Shown in pieces: positions 24,418 to 33,039 of a DNA stretch of 46,652 nucleotides; positions within the stretch are counted from its first letter, which is position 1, and each line of letters begins with the position of its first letter. The stretch covers positions 1-46,652 of the forward strand of contig MFHO01000001.1 of NCBI GenBank assembly GCA_001778635.1, read 5' to 3'. The translations under genes were made by a program, and so were the position numbers. The DNA is from Candidatus Giovannonibacteria bacterium RIFCSPHIGHO2_02_FULL_45_13 (GTDB taxonomy: Bacteria; Patescibacteriota; Minisyncoccia; UBA11713; 2-01-FULL-45-33). The notes under the pieces were generated by a model that worked only from the letters and a program-made list of their open reading frames with translations, had not been told where the DNA came from and did not search any database.

Positions 24418-25157
24418 AAGCCGTAATTTTAGCTGGTGGCGACGGTACCAGGCTTCACCCACTTACGTTAGTTACGAATAAGCATCTTTTACCTGTTTAT
24501 AATAAGCCGGTTATTTATTACGCGATAGAAAAATTGGCGGCTGCCGGAGTTGACAAAATAATGGTAGTTACCTCGCCTCGGCAAGTTGAACATTTTGTGA
24601 ATTTGCTAGGTTCCGGGCAGAATTTTAAGTCCAAAAATACCGGCAAGCAGACCCAGATAGTTTACGGAATACAAAACGAGCCTAGGGGCATCGCGGAGGG
24701 GCTTTGGATTGCAAAAGATTACATTAGCAACGATAATTGCGTGCTTTATTTGGGTGACAATATTGTGGAAGACGACATCGGCGAGCATGTTGCTAATTTT
24801 AAAGACGGCGCGACGATTTTTTTAAAAAAAGTGGAGGACCCAGTTCGATTCGGAGTAGCATCCGTGGATAAAATGGGTAATGTTTTGGAAATCGAAGAAA
24901 AGCCGAAAAACCCAAAATCAAATCTGGCCGTGGTCGGAGTTTATATTTATGACAACTCCGTTTTTAATAAAATGACCGGCCAGCCCAAATCAGCGCGCGG
25001 CGAATATGAAATTACATATGTAAACAACAAGTATATTGAAGAAGGCACATTAAAATCTGTTTTGCTTAAAAAAGATTGGTTTGACGTGGGAACATCTGAA
25101 AGTTTGTTTGCGGCCGGAAATTTTATGAGAAACAAAATTTCACGCCTTGAATCATGA
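24414..25157 (+). CDS. rfbA: Glucose-1-phosphate thymidylyltransferase-like sugar nucleotidyltransferase (short form)
   Basis: [36 protein letters not shown]. ATGA overlap with rfbB. Nucleotide specificity cannot be read from the sequence. Confidence 0.78.
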   Translation: [247 protein letters not shown]

Positions 25158-25756
25158 GTGATTTAATATACAGATCGCCGCTTTTGTATAGATTAGCGAT
25201 ATTTTTTTTATATAGAGGCGATTATTCAGAGAGATATGAAATATTGGACCGATTTATTAAAGAAAGGTCATCTGTGGTTGAACTATGCTGCGGTCCGGGC
25301 GACTTCTATCGCGGATTTTTAAAGAAGAAAAATGTAAACTATTTGGGGGTTGATAATAGCGCCGACTTTATTAAACGCTGTAAAAAGAAAGGAATCAATG
25401 TAATTTGGGGCGACGTATCGCAGTTCAATTTTATCAAAAGTGATTATTATATAATAATATCTTCGCTTTATCAGTTTCACCCCGATATAAGAGAGTTAAT
25501 AAATAAAATGTTACAGTACGCCAAATGCGTGTTAATATCAGAACCGATTAAGAATATTTCAAATTCAAAATATAAAATTATTTCTAAAATTGCCGCATAT
25601 CTCACAAATAAAAAAAATTATGAAAACAATTTCCATTTTACTGAAAAAAGTTTGGACACAATGATGCTGGCTGGTTTTAAAAACAAAATTGTTTACGTTC
25701 AAACAACAAAAAACGGCAGGGAAAAAATATACGTGTTAAAAAATGAATCAAACTGA
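25154..25756 (+). CDS. Probable class I SAM-dependent methyltransferase
   Basis: VVELCCGPGDF (motif I-like), YLGVDNS, IIISSLYQF. ATGA overlap with rfbA. Confidence 0.6.
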   Translation: MSDLIYRSPLLYRLAIFFLYRGDYSERYEILDRFIKERSSVVELCCGPGDFYRGFLKKKNVNYLGVDNSADFIKRCKKKGINVIWGDVSQFNFIKSDYYIIISSLYQFHPDIRELINKMLQYAKCVLISEPIKNISNSKYKIISKIAAYLTNKKNYENNFHFTEKSLDTMMLAGFKNKIVYVQTTKNGREKIYVLKNESN

Positions 25757-26456
25757 CTTATCTTTAGTCGTCGCTTGTTACAATGAGGAGCCTCACTTGG
25801 CGGAAAGCATCGCCGAAATTGAGGCGATAATGGAGCAAACTTTGTATTCTTATGAATTGATTTTTATTGATGATTGTAGCCAAGACAAAACAATAGATGT
25901 GATAAAAAAAATTTGCGCAGAGAGAAACAATTGCCGCTATGTTTTTCATAAAAAAAACATCGGGCGCGGAGGAACGGTGCGCGAAGGATTCCTTATGGCG
26001 CGGGCACCCTTCGCCGGTTTTTTGGACATTGATTTAGAGGTGCACGCGCGCTATATTCCAAGCATGATTTTGTGGCTGGAAAAAGGTTATGATATGGTTG
26101 CTATAGAAAGAACCGAAAAATTGAGCTCGAACCCTTATAAGTTATTGCGTTTAATTGTAAGTGGGGTTGGCGCAAGAGTGGTTCGCTATTTTCTGCGCAC
26201 CAACTTCCCAGATTCGGCATCGGGATTTAAGTTTTTTAATATGAACACGATGAAAGATGTGATTGCAAATACCAAAGATGATGGTTGGTTTTGGGATACG
26301 GAAATAATTTTAAGAGCAGAAAAAGCAAATAAAAAACTGAAATCCATACAAGGAGTTTTTGAGCATCGATTGGATAAAAAAAGCACCATGCGCCTTATAC
26401 CCGATACCATCGCGTACATCAAGACAATTTTAAGGTTTAAGAAAAACAAGCTATGA
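25743..26456 (+). CDS. GT2 family glycosyltransferase (ArnC/Dpm1-like)
   Basis: LSLVVACYNEEPHL, LIFIDDCSQDKT, NIGRGGTVREGF, FLDIDLEV. Confidence 0.8.
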   Translation: MNQTDLSLVVACYNEEPHLAESIAEIEAIMEQTLYSYELIFIDDCSQDKTIDVIKKICAERNNCRYVFHKKNIGRGGTVREGFLMARAPFAGFLDIDLEVHARYIPSMILWLEKGYDMVAIERTEKLSSNPYKLLRLIVSGVGARVVRYFLRTNFPDSASGFKFFNMNTMKDVIANTKDDGWFWDTEIILRAEKANKKLKSIQGVFEHRLDKKSTMRLIPDTIAYIKTILRFKKNKL

Positions 26457-27613
26457 GAAAAGATTTTTTAACGTTCGGCAATCCGCTGATAGAGCAGCCG
26501 GAAATCGATGAAGTCGTTGATTCTCTAAAAAGCGGCTGGCTCGGGACTGGGCCGAAGGTAAAAAAGTTTGAAGAGTTGTTCGGCAAATATAAGGGCGTTA
26601 AATATGCCGTGGCTCTTAATTCTTGCACGGCCGCTTTACATTTGGCCTTGCTCGCCATTGGCATAAAACCAAAAGACGAAGTGATTGTGCCGGCAATGAC
26701 TTTTGTCGCAACCGCGAATGTCGTTATTCATGCCGGCGGAACTCCAGTTCTGGCTGATTGCGAGAAGGGCACCATGAACATTGATCCGGCTGATGTGGAA
26801 AAAAAGATTACCAAAAAAACCAAAGCCGTCATCCCAGTGCATATGGCCGGGCGCTCCTGCGATATGGATGCGGTAATGGCGCTGGCTAAAAAATATAATT
26901 TAAAGGTGGTGGAAGACGCCGCTCATGCCGTTGAAACGGAATATCGCGGCAAAAAGGCGGGGACCTTCGGGGATATCGGGTGTTTTAGCTTTTATGCCAC
27001 AAAAAATTTGGTTACCGGAGAGGGCGGCATGGCCATTACAAACAACGGGGAATACGCCGATAAAATGAGGATTTTGTCTTTGCACGGAATTAGCGCGGAT
27101 GCGTGGCAACGATTCGGAAGCGACGGATATAAGCACTATCAGGCGATATACCCGGGCTATAAGTACAACATGATGGATTTGCAGGCGGCGCTGGGCATTC
27201 ATCAGCTAAAGAAAATAGATAAACATTGGGCGAGGCGTCAGGAAATATGGAACAAGTACAACGAAGCGTTTAAAAATTTGCTGGTGTTTTTGCCGGCGCA
27301 GATTGAGCCAAACACGAAGCACGCATATCATCTTTATACTCTGCTTTTAAACATAGACAATTTAAAAATAACCCGCGACCAATTTTTAGAAAAAATGACG
27401 AAGAATAACATTGGGGTTGGGGTGCATTTTATTGCTGTGCATATGCATCAGTATTATCGCGACAGATTCGGATATAAAAAAGGAGATTTTCTCAGCGCAG
27501 AATGGATTTCGGAGAGAACAGTTTCTTTGCCGCTTTCTCCGAAATTAACGGACGACGACGTTAACGACGTTATAACTGCGGTAACGGACGTTTTGAACCA
27601 GCAACGAAAATGA
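26453..27613 (+). CDS. DegT/DnrJ/EryC1/StrS-family PLP-dependent sugar aminotransferase
   Basis: SGWLGTGPKVKKFEE, AVALNSCTAALHLAL, DEVIVPAMTFVATAN, the PLP-lysine region FSFYATKNLVTGEGG. Confidence 0.9.
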   Translation: MRKDFLTFGNPLIEQPEIDEVVDSLKSGWLGTGPKVKKFEELFGKYKGVKYAVALNSCTAALHLALLAIGIKPKDEVIVPAMTFVATANVVIHAGGTPVLADCEKGTMNIDPADVEKKITKKTKAVIPVHMAGRSCDMDAVMALAKKYNLKVVEDAAHAVETEYRGKKAGTFGDIGCFSFYATKNLVTGEGGMAITNNGEYADKMRILSLHGISADAWQRFGSDGYKHYQAIYPGYKYNMMDLQAALGIHQLKKIDKHWARRQEIWNKYNEAFKNLLVFLPAQIEPNTKHAYHLYTLLLNIDNLKITRDQFLEKMTKNNIGVGVHFIAVHMHQYYRDRFGYKKGDFLSAEWISERTVSLPLSPKLTDDDVNDVITAVTDVLNQQRK

Positions 27614-29265
27614 CCAAAAGATTTTTTAAAGAACACTATTTAATCGCCGTTTCGGGGCTGCTGCTGACGCTGTTAATTGAGGCGCCGCTTTTGGCGTTTC
27701 CTTTTGTTTCAAAAAATTATCAAGACATCAATATCCCGCATTTCGGCACGGACTCCCATTTTTATCTAAGCCGCGCGCAAGAGGCATTGGAGCGGAATAA
27801 TCTCGGAAATGCCTTTTTGCGCGAGGGCAAAGACAACCAAGACGCATATTTTGTTTACAACGAACGGGCACTGGCGCTGCTGCCGAGAGTTTTTGGGCTG
27901 GCAGACGCGGTTAGCGCCCCGACATTTTATGCAATTTATAATTTCGCCGGCGTATTTGCCTTAATTTTGCTTATTTATTTTTTTACGCTGCAGCTTGCGC
28001 CGGGCAAGCTGCTGGCGGCCGTTGCCGCGATTTTTGTCGTTGGGGGATATCACATTGCATATAAAGATTTTTTTTATATGGATTTTAACCTTTACGGCAG
28101 GCCGATTTTTCCCTATTTAAGTTCTTTGGCGCTTTTTCTTTACTTATTTTTTTTGGTCAAGAGCGTCAATACGGACAGGGTGGCTTACAAAATATCGGCA
28201 GGGGTTTTATTCGGCGCTCTGTTTTACGTTATTTTTTATGGCTGGACTTTTGTGCTGGCCCTAAACGGCGCGCTGTTTTTGTTTTATTTATTTAAAAAAG
28301 ATTTCGCGCGCCTCAAAATGATTGCGCAGATAAGCGCGATAGGGGTTTCCCTTGGATTATATAATTTTGTGAAAATGCTGCGCTTCGCCGCCTCCGATAT
28401 CGGATCCCAATCTTCGTATTTTAATTGGGCTTATCATACGCATAAACCTATTTTTAGCAAAGTGACGGCGGCCGCGCTCGCGCTGTTTTTATTTTTTTAC
28501 TATAAAAAGAAGCGAGATCCGAATCTTATTTTAATTCTCGGCTTAATATCGGCGTTTTGGATTGTTTTAAATCAGCAGATTATCACCGGCAGAGTGGAGC
28601 AGCCCGCGCATTACCATTGGTGGTTTATCGTCCCGCTCGCAATAATTTCGGCCCTCTATATGTTATGGGTTTTGCTGGAAAAATACGAGTGGCGAAGATT
28701 TTTATTTGGATTTATTCTTTTTGCCGTTTTTGCCCACAGCGCTTTGGGGCAATACCGTTCTTTTTGGACAACCTTGCCGGGGAAAGAATATGAACAGCTA
28801 TACCGGCCGATAATAGCGGAATTGCAAAAAGATCCCAACTCCGGCGTGATTTTGGCGGCGGATGACTATCTGGCGTATTTATTTACCATTTACACACGCC
28901 ACGATTTATTTTGGCACACTGGCGCGACAGCGACGGTGATGCCTATGAGCCGTTTCTACGACACGCTTTACGTTTACGCTTATCTTAGCAAAAATCCTCT
29001 CGCCGACCCAAGTTACAAGCAGATTTATCAACACATCAAAGGTTTTGAATCCGGTTTGGATTATTATGATTATATTAGCAAGGCTACTGGCGTCGCGGAG
29101 ATCATAAAACCGCAAATTGACGCGAATAATCTTTTAAAAAAGTACGGCGTTAACTATATTGTTTGGGACAAAAACAGGAATCCGGAGTGGGACTTGTCTT
29201 TTATAAAAAACCTCCGCCCGGTAACTTCTTACAACAATATTTATTTATTTCAAATAATGTATTAA
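27610..29265 (+). CDS. Large polytopic membrane protein, function unknown (candidate GT-C/YfhO-type transferase)
   Basis: 551 aa, about 11 hydrophobic helices, then a ~170-aa soluble C-terminal domain. An early loop is HFGTDSHFYLSRAQEA. ATGA overlap with the aminotransferase. No family recognised with confidence. Confidence 0.4.
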   Translation: MTKRFFKEHYLIAVSGLLLTLLIEAPLLAFPFVSKNYQDINIPHFGTDSHFYLSRAQEALERNNLGNAFLREGKDNQDAYFVYNERALALLPRVFGLADAVSAPTFYAIYNFAGVFALILLIYFFTLQLAPGKLLAAVAAIFVVGGYHIAYKDFFYMDFNLYGRPIFPYLSSLALFLYLFFLVKSVNTDRVAYKISAGVLFGALFYVIFYGWTFVLALNGALFLFYLFKKDFARLKMIAQISAIGVSLGLYNFVKMLRFAASDIGSQSSYFNWAYHTHKPIFSKVTAAALALFLFFYYKKKRDPNLILILGLISAFWIVLNQQIITGRVEQPAHYHWWFIVPLAIISALYMLWVLLEKYEWRRFLFGFILFAVFAHSALGQYRSFWTTLPGKEYEQLYRPIIAELQKDPNSGVILAADDYLAYLFTIYTRHDLFWHTGATATVMPMSRFYDTLYVYAYLSKNPLADPSYKQIYQHIKGFESGLDYYDYISKATGVAEIIKPQIDANNLLKKYGVNYIVWDKNRNPEWDLSFIKNLRPVTSYNNIYLFQIMY

Positions 29266-29275
29266 AAATTAAAAA

Positions 29276-30481
29276 ATGAAAGTCGTTTTCGTAACCTCAT
29301 ATGGATTCAATGCGCAAATGCGCAACTTTCTTGAATATATTTTGGCGAGGTTGCTCGTAAAAAATGGCGCCACAGTTCTCGCTTTTGCTAAGCCGGAAAT
29401 CGGCGAAAAAGCTTTTTATGAATTGGACGGCGTACGCATTTATAAGCCGCGCTCTTTTGTTAGGGGCGTATGGTATTTGGCTGGGCACATTATTTTTTCA
29501 AGGCCGGATTTGATCCATGTTTTTAACGCCAGAAACAACCGTTTCGGCGCGCCTGCGGCTATTTTAGCAAAAATCTTAAACATCCCATTGATGTTCACGG
29601 AGTATGGGTTATTGCACGATCATTATTTGGTTACTGATCGCGATGACCCGTTCCCGTACGTGGAGAAAGTTCAATGGGACAGACCAATTATGGCATTCAA
29701 AAAAGTTTTTAGGGACAAAAATGTTATCGGGAATTTAAGAAACTACATTTTCCATTTGCCCATGTCGCTCGCAGACAAAGTAATTTTTGTTTCTAAGCAC
29801 AACTTGGAAATAGCCCGAAAACTCGGGCTAAAAGATTTTCAATATCTGCCGTATATTTTTGATGAAGAAATATTTAAAACCGGCGGGGCAAAAGACGGCG
29901 ATACGGAAAGGCTGTCGATTTTAAAAAAATATGGCGGCGGCAATCCGATCTTATTCGTTGGCCAGCTGAAACTAAGGAAAGGGTGGGATATCATTTTAGA
30001 AGCCATGCCTTTAATAGAAAAAAACCTGGATGCCCGCCTAATTTTCATTACTTCTGGTACCGACCAAGAAACTCCGGAGTTAACAAAAAAAATAGAAAAT
30101 CTCGGGATCCGTAACCAGGTAATTTTTTTGGGCACAGCCGGCGTAGAAGTTCTCAGGGCGGCTTATAAAAATTGCAAAATGGTTATTGTGCCGTCGAGAT
30201 ATGAGGGATTTGGTTTGGCGGTGATTGAGGCTTGGGAAATGGGAAAGCCAGTGATCGCTTCCGATGTGCCTGCTATAAACGAACACGTTGAAAATAACCG
30301 CAACGGCATTTTGGTGCCGCCGAAAGATTCTAAGAAACTCGCTGGAGCAATAAATCTTTTGCTTAAAAACAAAACGCTCGGCGAAAAATTGGTGAAAAAC
30401 GGCACGGAAACGCTGAACGAATTAAAATCAACTCCCCAAAAAAATAAATGGCTGGAGTTTTACGGGAAACCTACCTCATAA
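29276..30481 (+). CDS. GT4 (GT-B fold) glycosyltransferase
   Basis: VPSRYEGFGLAVIEAWEMGKPVIASDV...NGILVPP is the classic E-x7-E GT4 C-terminal block. Confidence 0.85.
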   Translation: MKVVFVTSYGFNAQMRNFLEYILARLLVKNGATVLAFAKPEIGEKAFYELDGVRIYKPRSFVRGVWYLAGHIIFSRPDLIHVFNARNNRFGAPAAILAKILNIPLMFTEYGLLHDHYLVTDRDDPFPYVEKVQWDRPIMAFKKVFRDKNVIGNLRNYIFHLPMSLADKVIFVSKHNLEIARKLGLKDFQYLPYIFDEEIFKTGGAKDGDTERLSILKKYGGGNPILFVGQLKLRKGWDIILEAMPLIEKNLDARLIFITSGTDQETPELTKKIENLGIRNQVIFLGTAGVEVLRAAYKNCKMVIVPSRYEGFGLAVIEAWEMGKPVIASDVPAINEHVENNRNGILVPPKDSKKLAGAINLLLKNKTLGEKLVKNGTETLNELKSTPQKNKWLEFYGKPTS

Positions 30482-30509
30482 CGGTCCGCGTTATATTGTT
30501 ATCTTAAAT

Positions 30510-31223
30510 ATGCCTAAAATAGATACCGCCGTTATTTTGGCAGGAGGCAAGGGGCTTCGTTTAAGGCCGGAAACTGCCGATAAGCCCAAAGCCATGGTGA
30601 GAGTCGCAGGAAGGCCCATAATCGAGTGGATCATTCTTTGGCTTAAAAAAAACGGAGTAAAAAACATTATCTTGAGCGTGAATTACAAGAAGGAAGTGCT
30701 CACGGATTATTTTGGTGATGGCCACGGTTTCGGAGTTAAAATAACCTATAATCACCACAGGGGAGCGAAGGATACCGGCGATGCTTTTCGGAGCGTTTTT
30801 AAAAACATAAATCTTCCGGAAACTTTTATAGCGATGAATGGAGACCAGATAACCGATCTCCCAATTAAAAAACTGATAAAGCGTCATGAAAAATACCGCC
30901 CAATCGCTACCGTGGCGGTTTGTCCGTTGAAAAGCCCTTTCGGCATCGTGCATTTGGACGAGAATCATACCATTAAATCTTTCTATGAAAAACCCGTTTT
31001 GTATGATAAGTTTATGAATACCGGCATTTATATTTTTGAAAACGGGATCAAGAGCTATTTGCCTAAGCGCGGGGCGATCGAAAATACGGCTTTCAAACAA
31101 CTGGCCAAAGCCGGAAAGTTAAAAGCCTATACTCATCGGGGATTTTTTAGCACCGTCAACGATCACAAAGATTTGGAGTCTACTGAAAAAATTTTAGCGA
31201 CCTCAAAACTTAATTTCATATGA
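30510..31223 (+). CDS. Sugar-1-phosphate nucleotidyltransferase
   Basis: AVILAGGKGLRLRPETADKPKAMVRVAGRPIIEW (G-x-G-x-R-L signature), 237 aa. Confidence 0.8.
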   Translation: MPKIDTAVILAGGKGLRLRPETADKPKAMVRVAGRPIIEWIILWLKKNGVKNIILSVNYKKEVLTDYFGDGHGFGVKITYNHHRGAKDTGDAFRSVFKNINLPETFIAMNGDQITDLPIKKLIKRHEKYRPIATVAVCPLKSPFGIVHLDENHTIKSFYEKPVLYDKFMNTGIYIFENGIKSYLPKRGAIENTAFKQLAKAGKLKAYTHRGFFSTVNDHKDLESTEKILATSKLNFI

Positions 31224-32170
31224 GAATTCTTATCACCGGCATAACTGGTTTTATCGGAAGCGAGCTTGCGCGTGAACTTTTAAAAACAAAGGAGCACGAG
31301 CTTGCCGGGTTGGTTCGCGCCACCTCGGACAGGGGTCACCTCGACAATATAGCCGATCTGGCGTCTAAACTTTCGCTTTTTTATGCCAATTTCACAGATT
31401 GGCACGCTATCCAACAAGTTGTGCGCACGTTCCGGCCGAGCATCATTTTTCATCTCGGCGCCCAAACCGCCGTCAGGCAGTCTTTTGAGTTGCCGCACGA
31501 ATTCAACGAGACAAATTTTTTAGGGACGATAAATCTTGCGCATGCCGCCTTGGAAATCCCGAATTTCAAGCAATTCATTTTTGCATCTACAATGGAAGTC
31601 TACGGCTGGCAGAAAACCAAAAAACCATTCAAGGAAGAAACAATTTTGCACCCGGCAAGTCCCTACGCGGTTTCAAAAGCCGCTTCGGAATATTATCTGG
31701 AAATGGCGGCGAAAGCCTACGGCCTGCCTTATTTGATTTCTCGGGCTTGTAATACCTACGGCCGGAAACATAATACGGGATTTATCGCAGAATACCTGAT
31801 AACAACAATGCTTGCCGGCAAAGACGTTTACATAGGTACTCCGAAGTCCGTACGGGATATGATGTACGCGGAGGATCACGTAGGCGCCTATGTGAAACTT
31901 TTAAAAACTCCTTTGATAAATCAAACGTTCAACTTCGGTACCGATTCGCGAACCAAAATGCTTGATCTTGCTAAAAAAATTAGACAAAAACTTAATTTTA
32001 AGGGCAAAATTATTCCGCACTTCCCGCCAAACTACCCGTGGCGCCCTGTTGCGGAAGAATTTCTTTCGGTTGACGCATCCAAAGCCAAACGCCTTTTGGA
32101 CTGGAAGCCTAAATACTCTCTAGATAAAGGCCTGGATAAGATCATTGAATATTGGAAGAAGCAAATTTAG
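31220..32170 (+). CDS. NAD-dependent sugar epimerase/4,6-dehydratase (extended SDR)
   Basis: ITGITGFIGSEL, STMEVYG, YAVSKAASEYY. ATGA overlap with the nucleotidyltransferase. Confidence 0.85.
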   Translation: MRILITGITGFIGSELARELLKTKEHELAGLVRATSDRGHLDNIADLASKLSLFYANFTDWHAIQQVVRTFRPSIIFHLGAQTAVRQSFELPHEFNETNFLGTINLAHAALEIPNFKQFIFASTMEVYGWQKTKKPFKEETILHPASPYAVSKAASEYYLEMAAKAYGLPYLISRACNTYGRKHNTGFIAEYLITTMLAGKDVYIGTPKSVRDMMYAEDHVGAYVKLLKTPLINQTFNFGTDSRTKMLDLAKKIRQKLNFKGKIIPHFPPNYPWRPVAEEFLSVDASKAKRLLDWKPKYSLDKGLDKIIEYWKKQI

Positions 32171-33018
32171 GCGGTGCGTTTTAAGTAAGCTAGATTTGTG
32201 TAGCCGGTTTTATAGAATTCTAAATCGGCCAGGTTTTCAACGGCGAGCGCTTCTAATCCGCCGCCATTTAATATCCGATAAACAGAAAATCCATAATTTT
32301 GAATTTGTTTCAAAAAATTCTCCGGCTGAATTTGCAGATTAATCAGCGATTTCGGCGAGAATTCGCTTACTACCATAAGTTCCCGACTTTTGGAAAATAA
32401 TTCATCCATACCGCGGAAGGCGAACGGCTCCCCGCCCTCTATATCAATTTTTATCACATCAACTTCGGCAATATTATTTTGCGCCAGGAACGTGTCCAGC
32501 CTGATCGCCAGTACGGATATTTTCTGCGAAGGAAGCCGGGGAGTTACAATACTGTGGCAGCCGGTGCTTTGGTTTATTTTGTAAAAAGTGATTTCGCCGT
32601 CCGAGTCAGCAACGGCTTTGTTGACTAAAGAAACATTTTTAAGGCCGTTTGTGTTTTTGCAAAGCAGCGCGAAATTTTCCGCGTCGGGCTCGAAAGCGAA
32701 AACTTTTCCTGACGGTCCCACGAGCTTGGAAAAAAGTACGGTGTAGTAGCCGATATGCGCGCCGATATCTATTACAGTCATGCCCGGCTTGACGTTTTTT
32801 TTAAATAAAGAGAAAGTGTCGGCTTCGTATTTGTGAAGCAGCATTTCCAGCTTCCAATCCCAGTCGAACTTTTTCGGAAAATTCCAGCCGAGCCCGGCCG
32901 CCAGAAGGTTAACCGACAAATTTAAACAACCTCTTACTGCCCGATCCGCTGTCGGCGAATTAAGAACTTTTTTGTACAGCTTTTTAGCTTTAGGGAATAT
33001 TTGCGTTGTTTGCCCCAT
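32167..33018 (-). CDS. FkbM-family methyltransferase
   Basis: VIDIGAHIGYYTVLFS, FAFEPDAENFALLCKN, VIKIDIEGGEPFAF. Confidence 0.8.
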   Translation of the reverse strand: MGQTTQIFPKAKKLYKKVLNSPTADRAVRGCLNLSVNLLAAGLGWNFPKKFDWDWKLEMLLHKYEADTFSLFKKNVKPGMTVIDIGAHIGYYTVLFSKLVGPSGKVFAFEPDAENFALLCKNTNGLKNVSLVNKAVADSDGEITFYKINQSTGCHSIVTPRLPSQKISVLAIRLDTFLAQNNIAEVDVIKIDIEGGEPFAFRGMDELFSKSRELMVVSEFSPKSLINLQIQPENFLKQIQNYGFSVYRILNGGGLEALAVENLADLEFYKTGYTNLAYLKRTA

Positions 33019-33039
33019 TTATTTCTTGAGAATAACAAT

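Noticed and set aside
30561-31100. Long antisense ORFs opposite well-supported genes. Examples: 30561-31100 (179 aa), 43162-43632 (156 aa), 36025-36459 (144 aa), 3916-4287 (123 aa), 19294-19665 (123 aa), 2429-2815 (128 aa).
   Set aside because: Each lies fully inside a CDS with clear family motifs on the other strand. Their translations are low-complexity with no recognisable domains, so they are treated as chance open frames.
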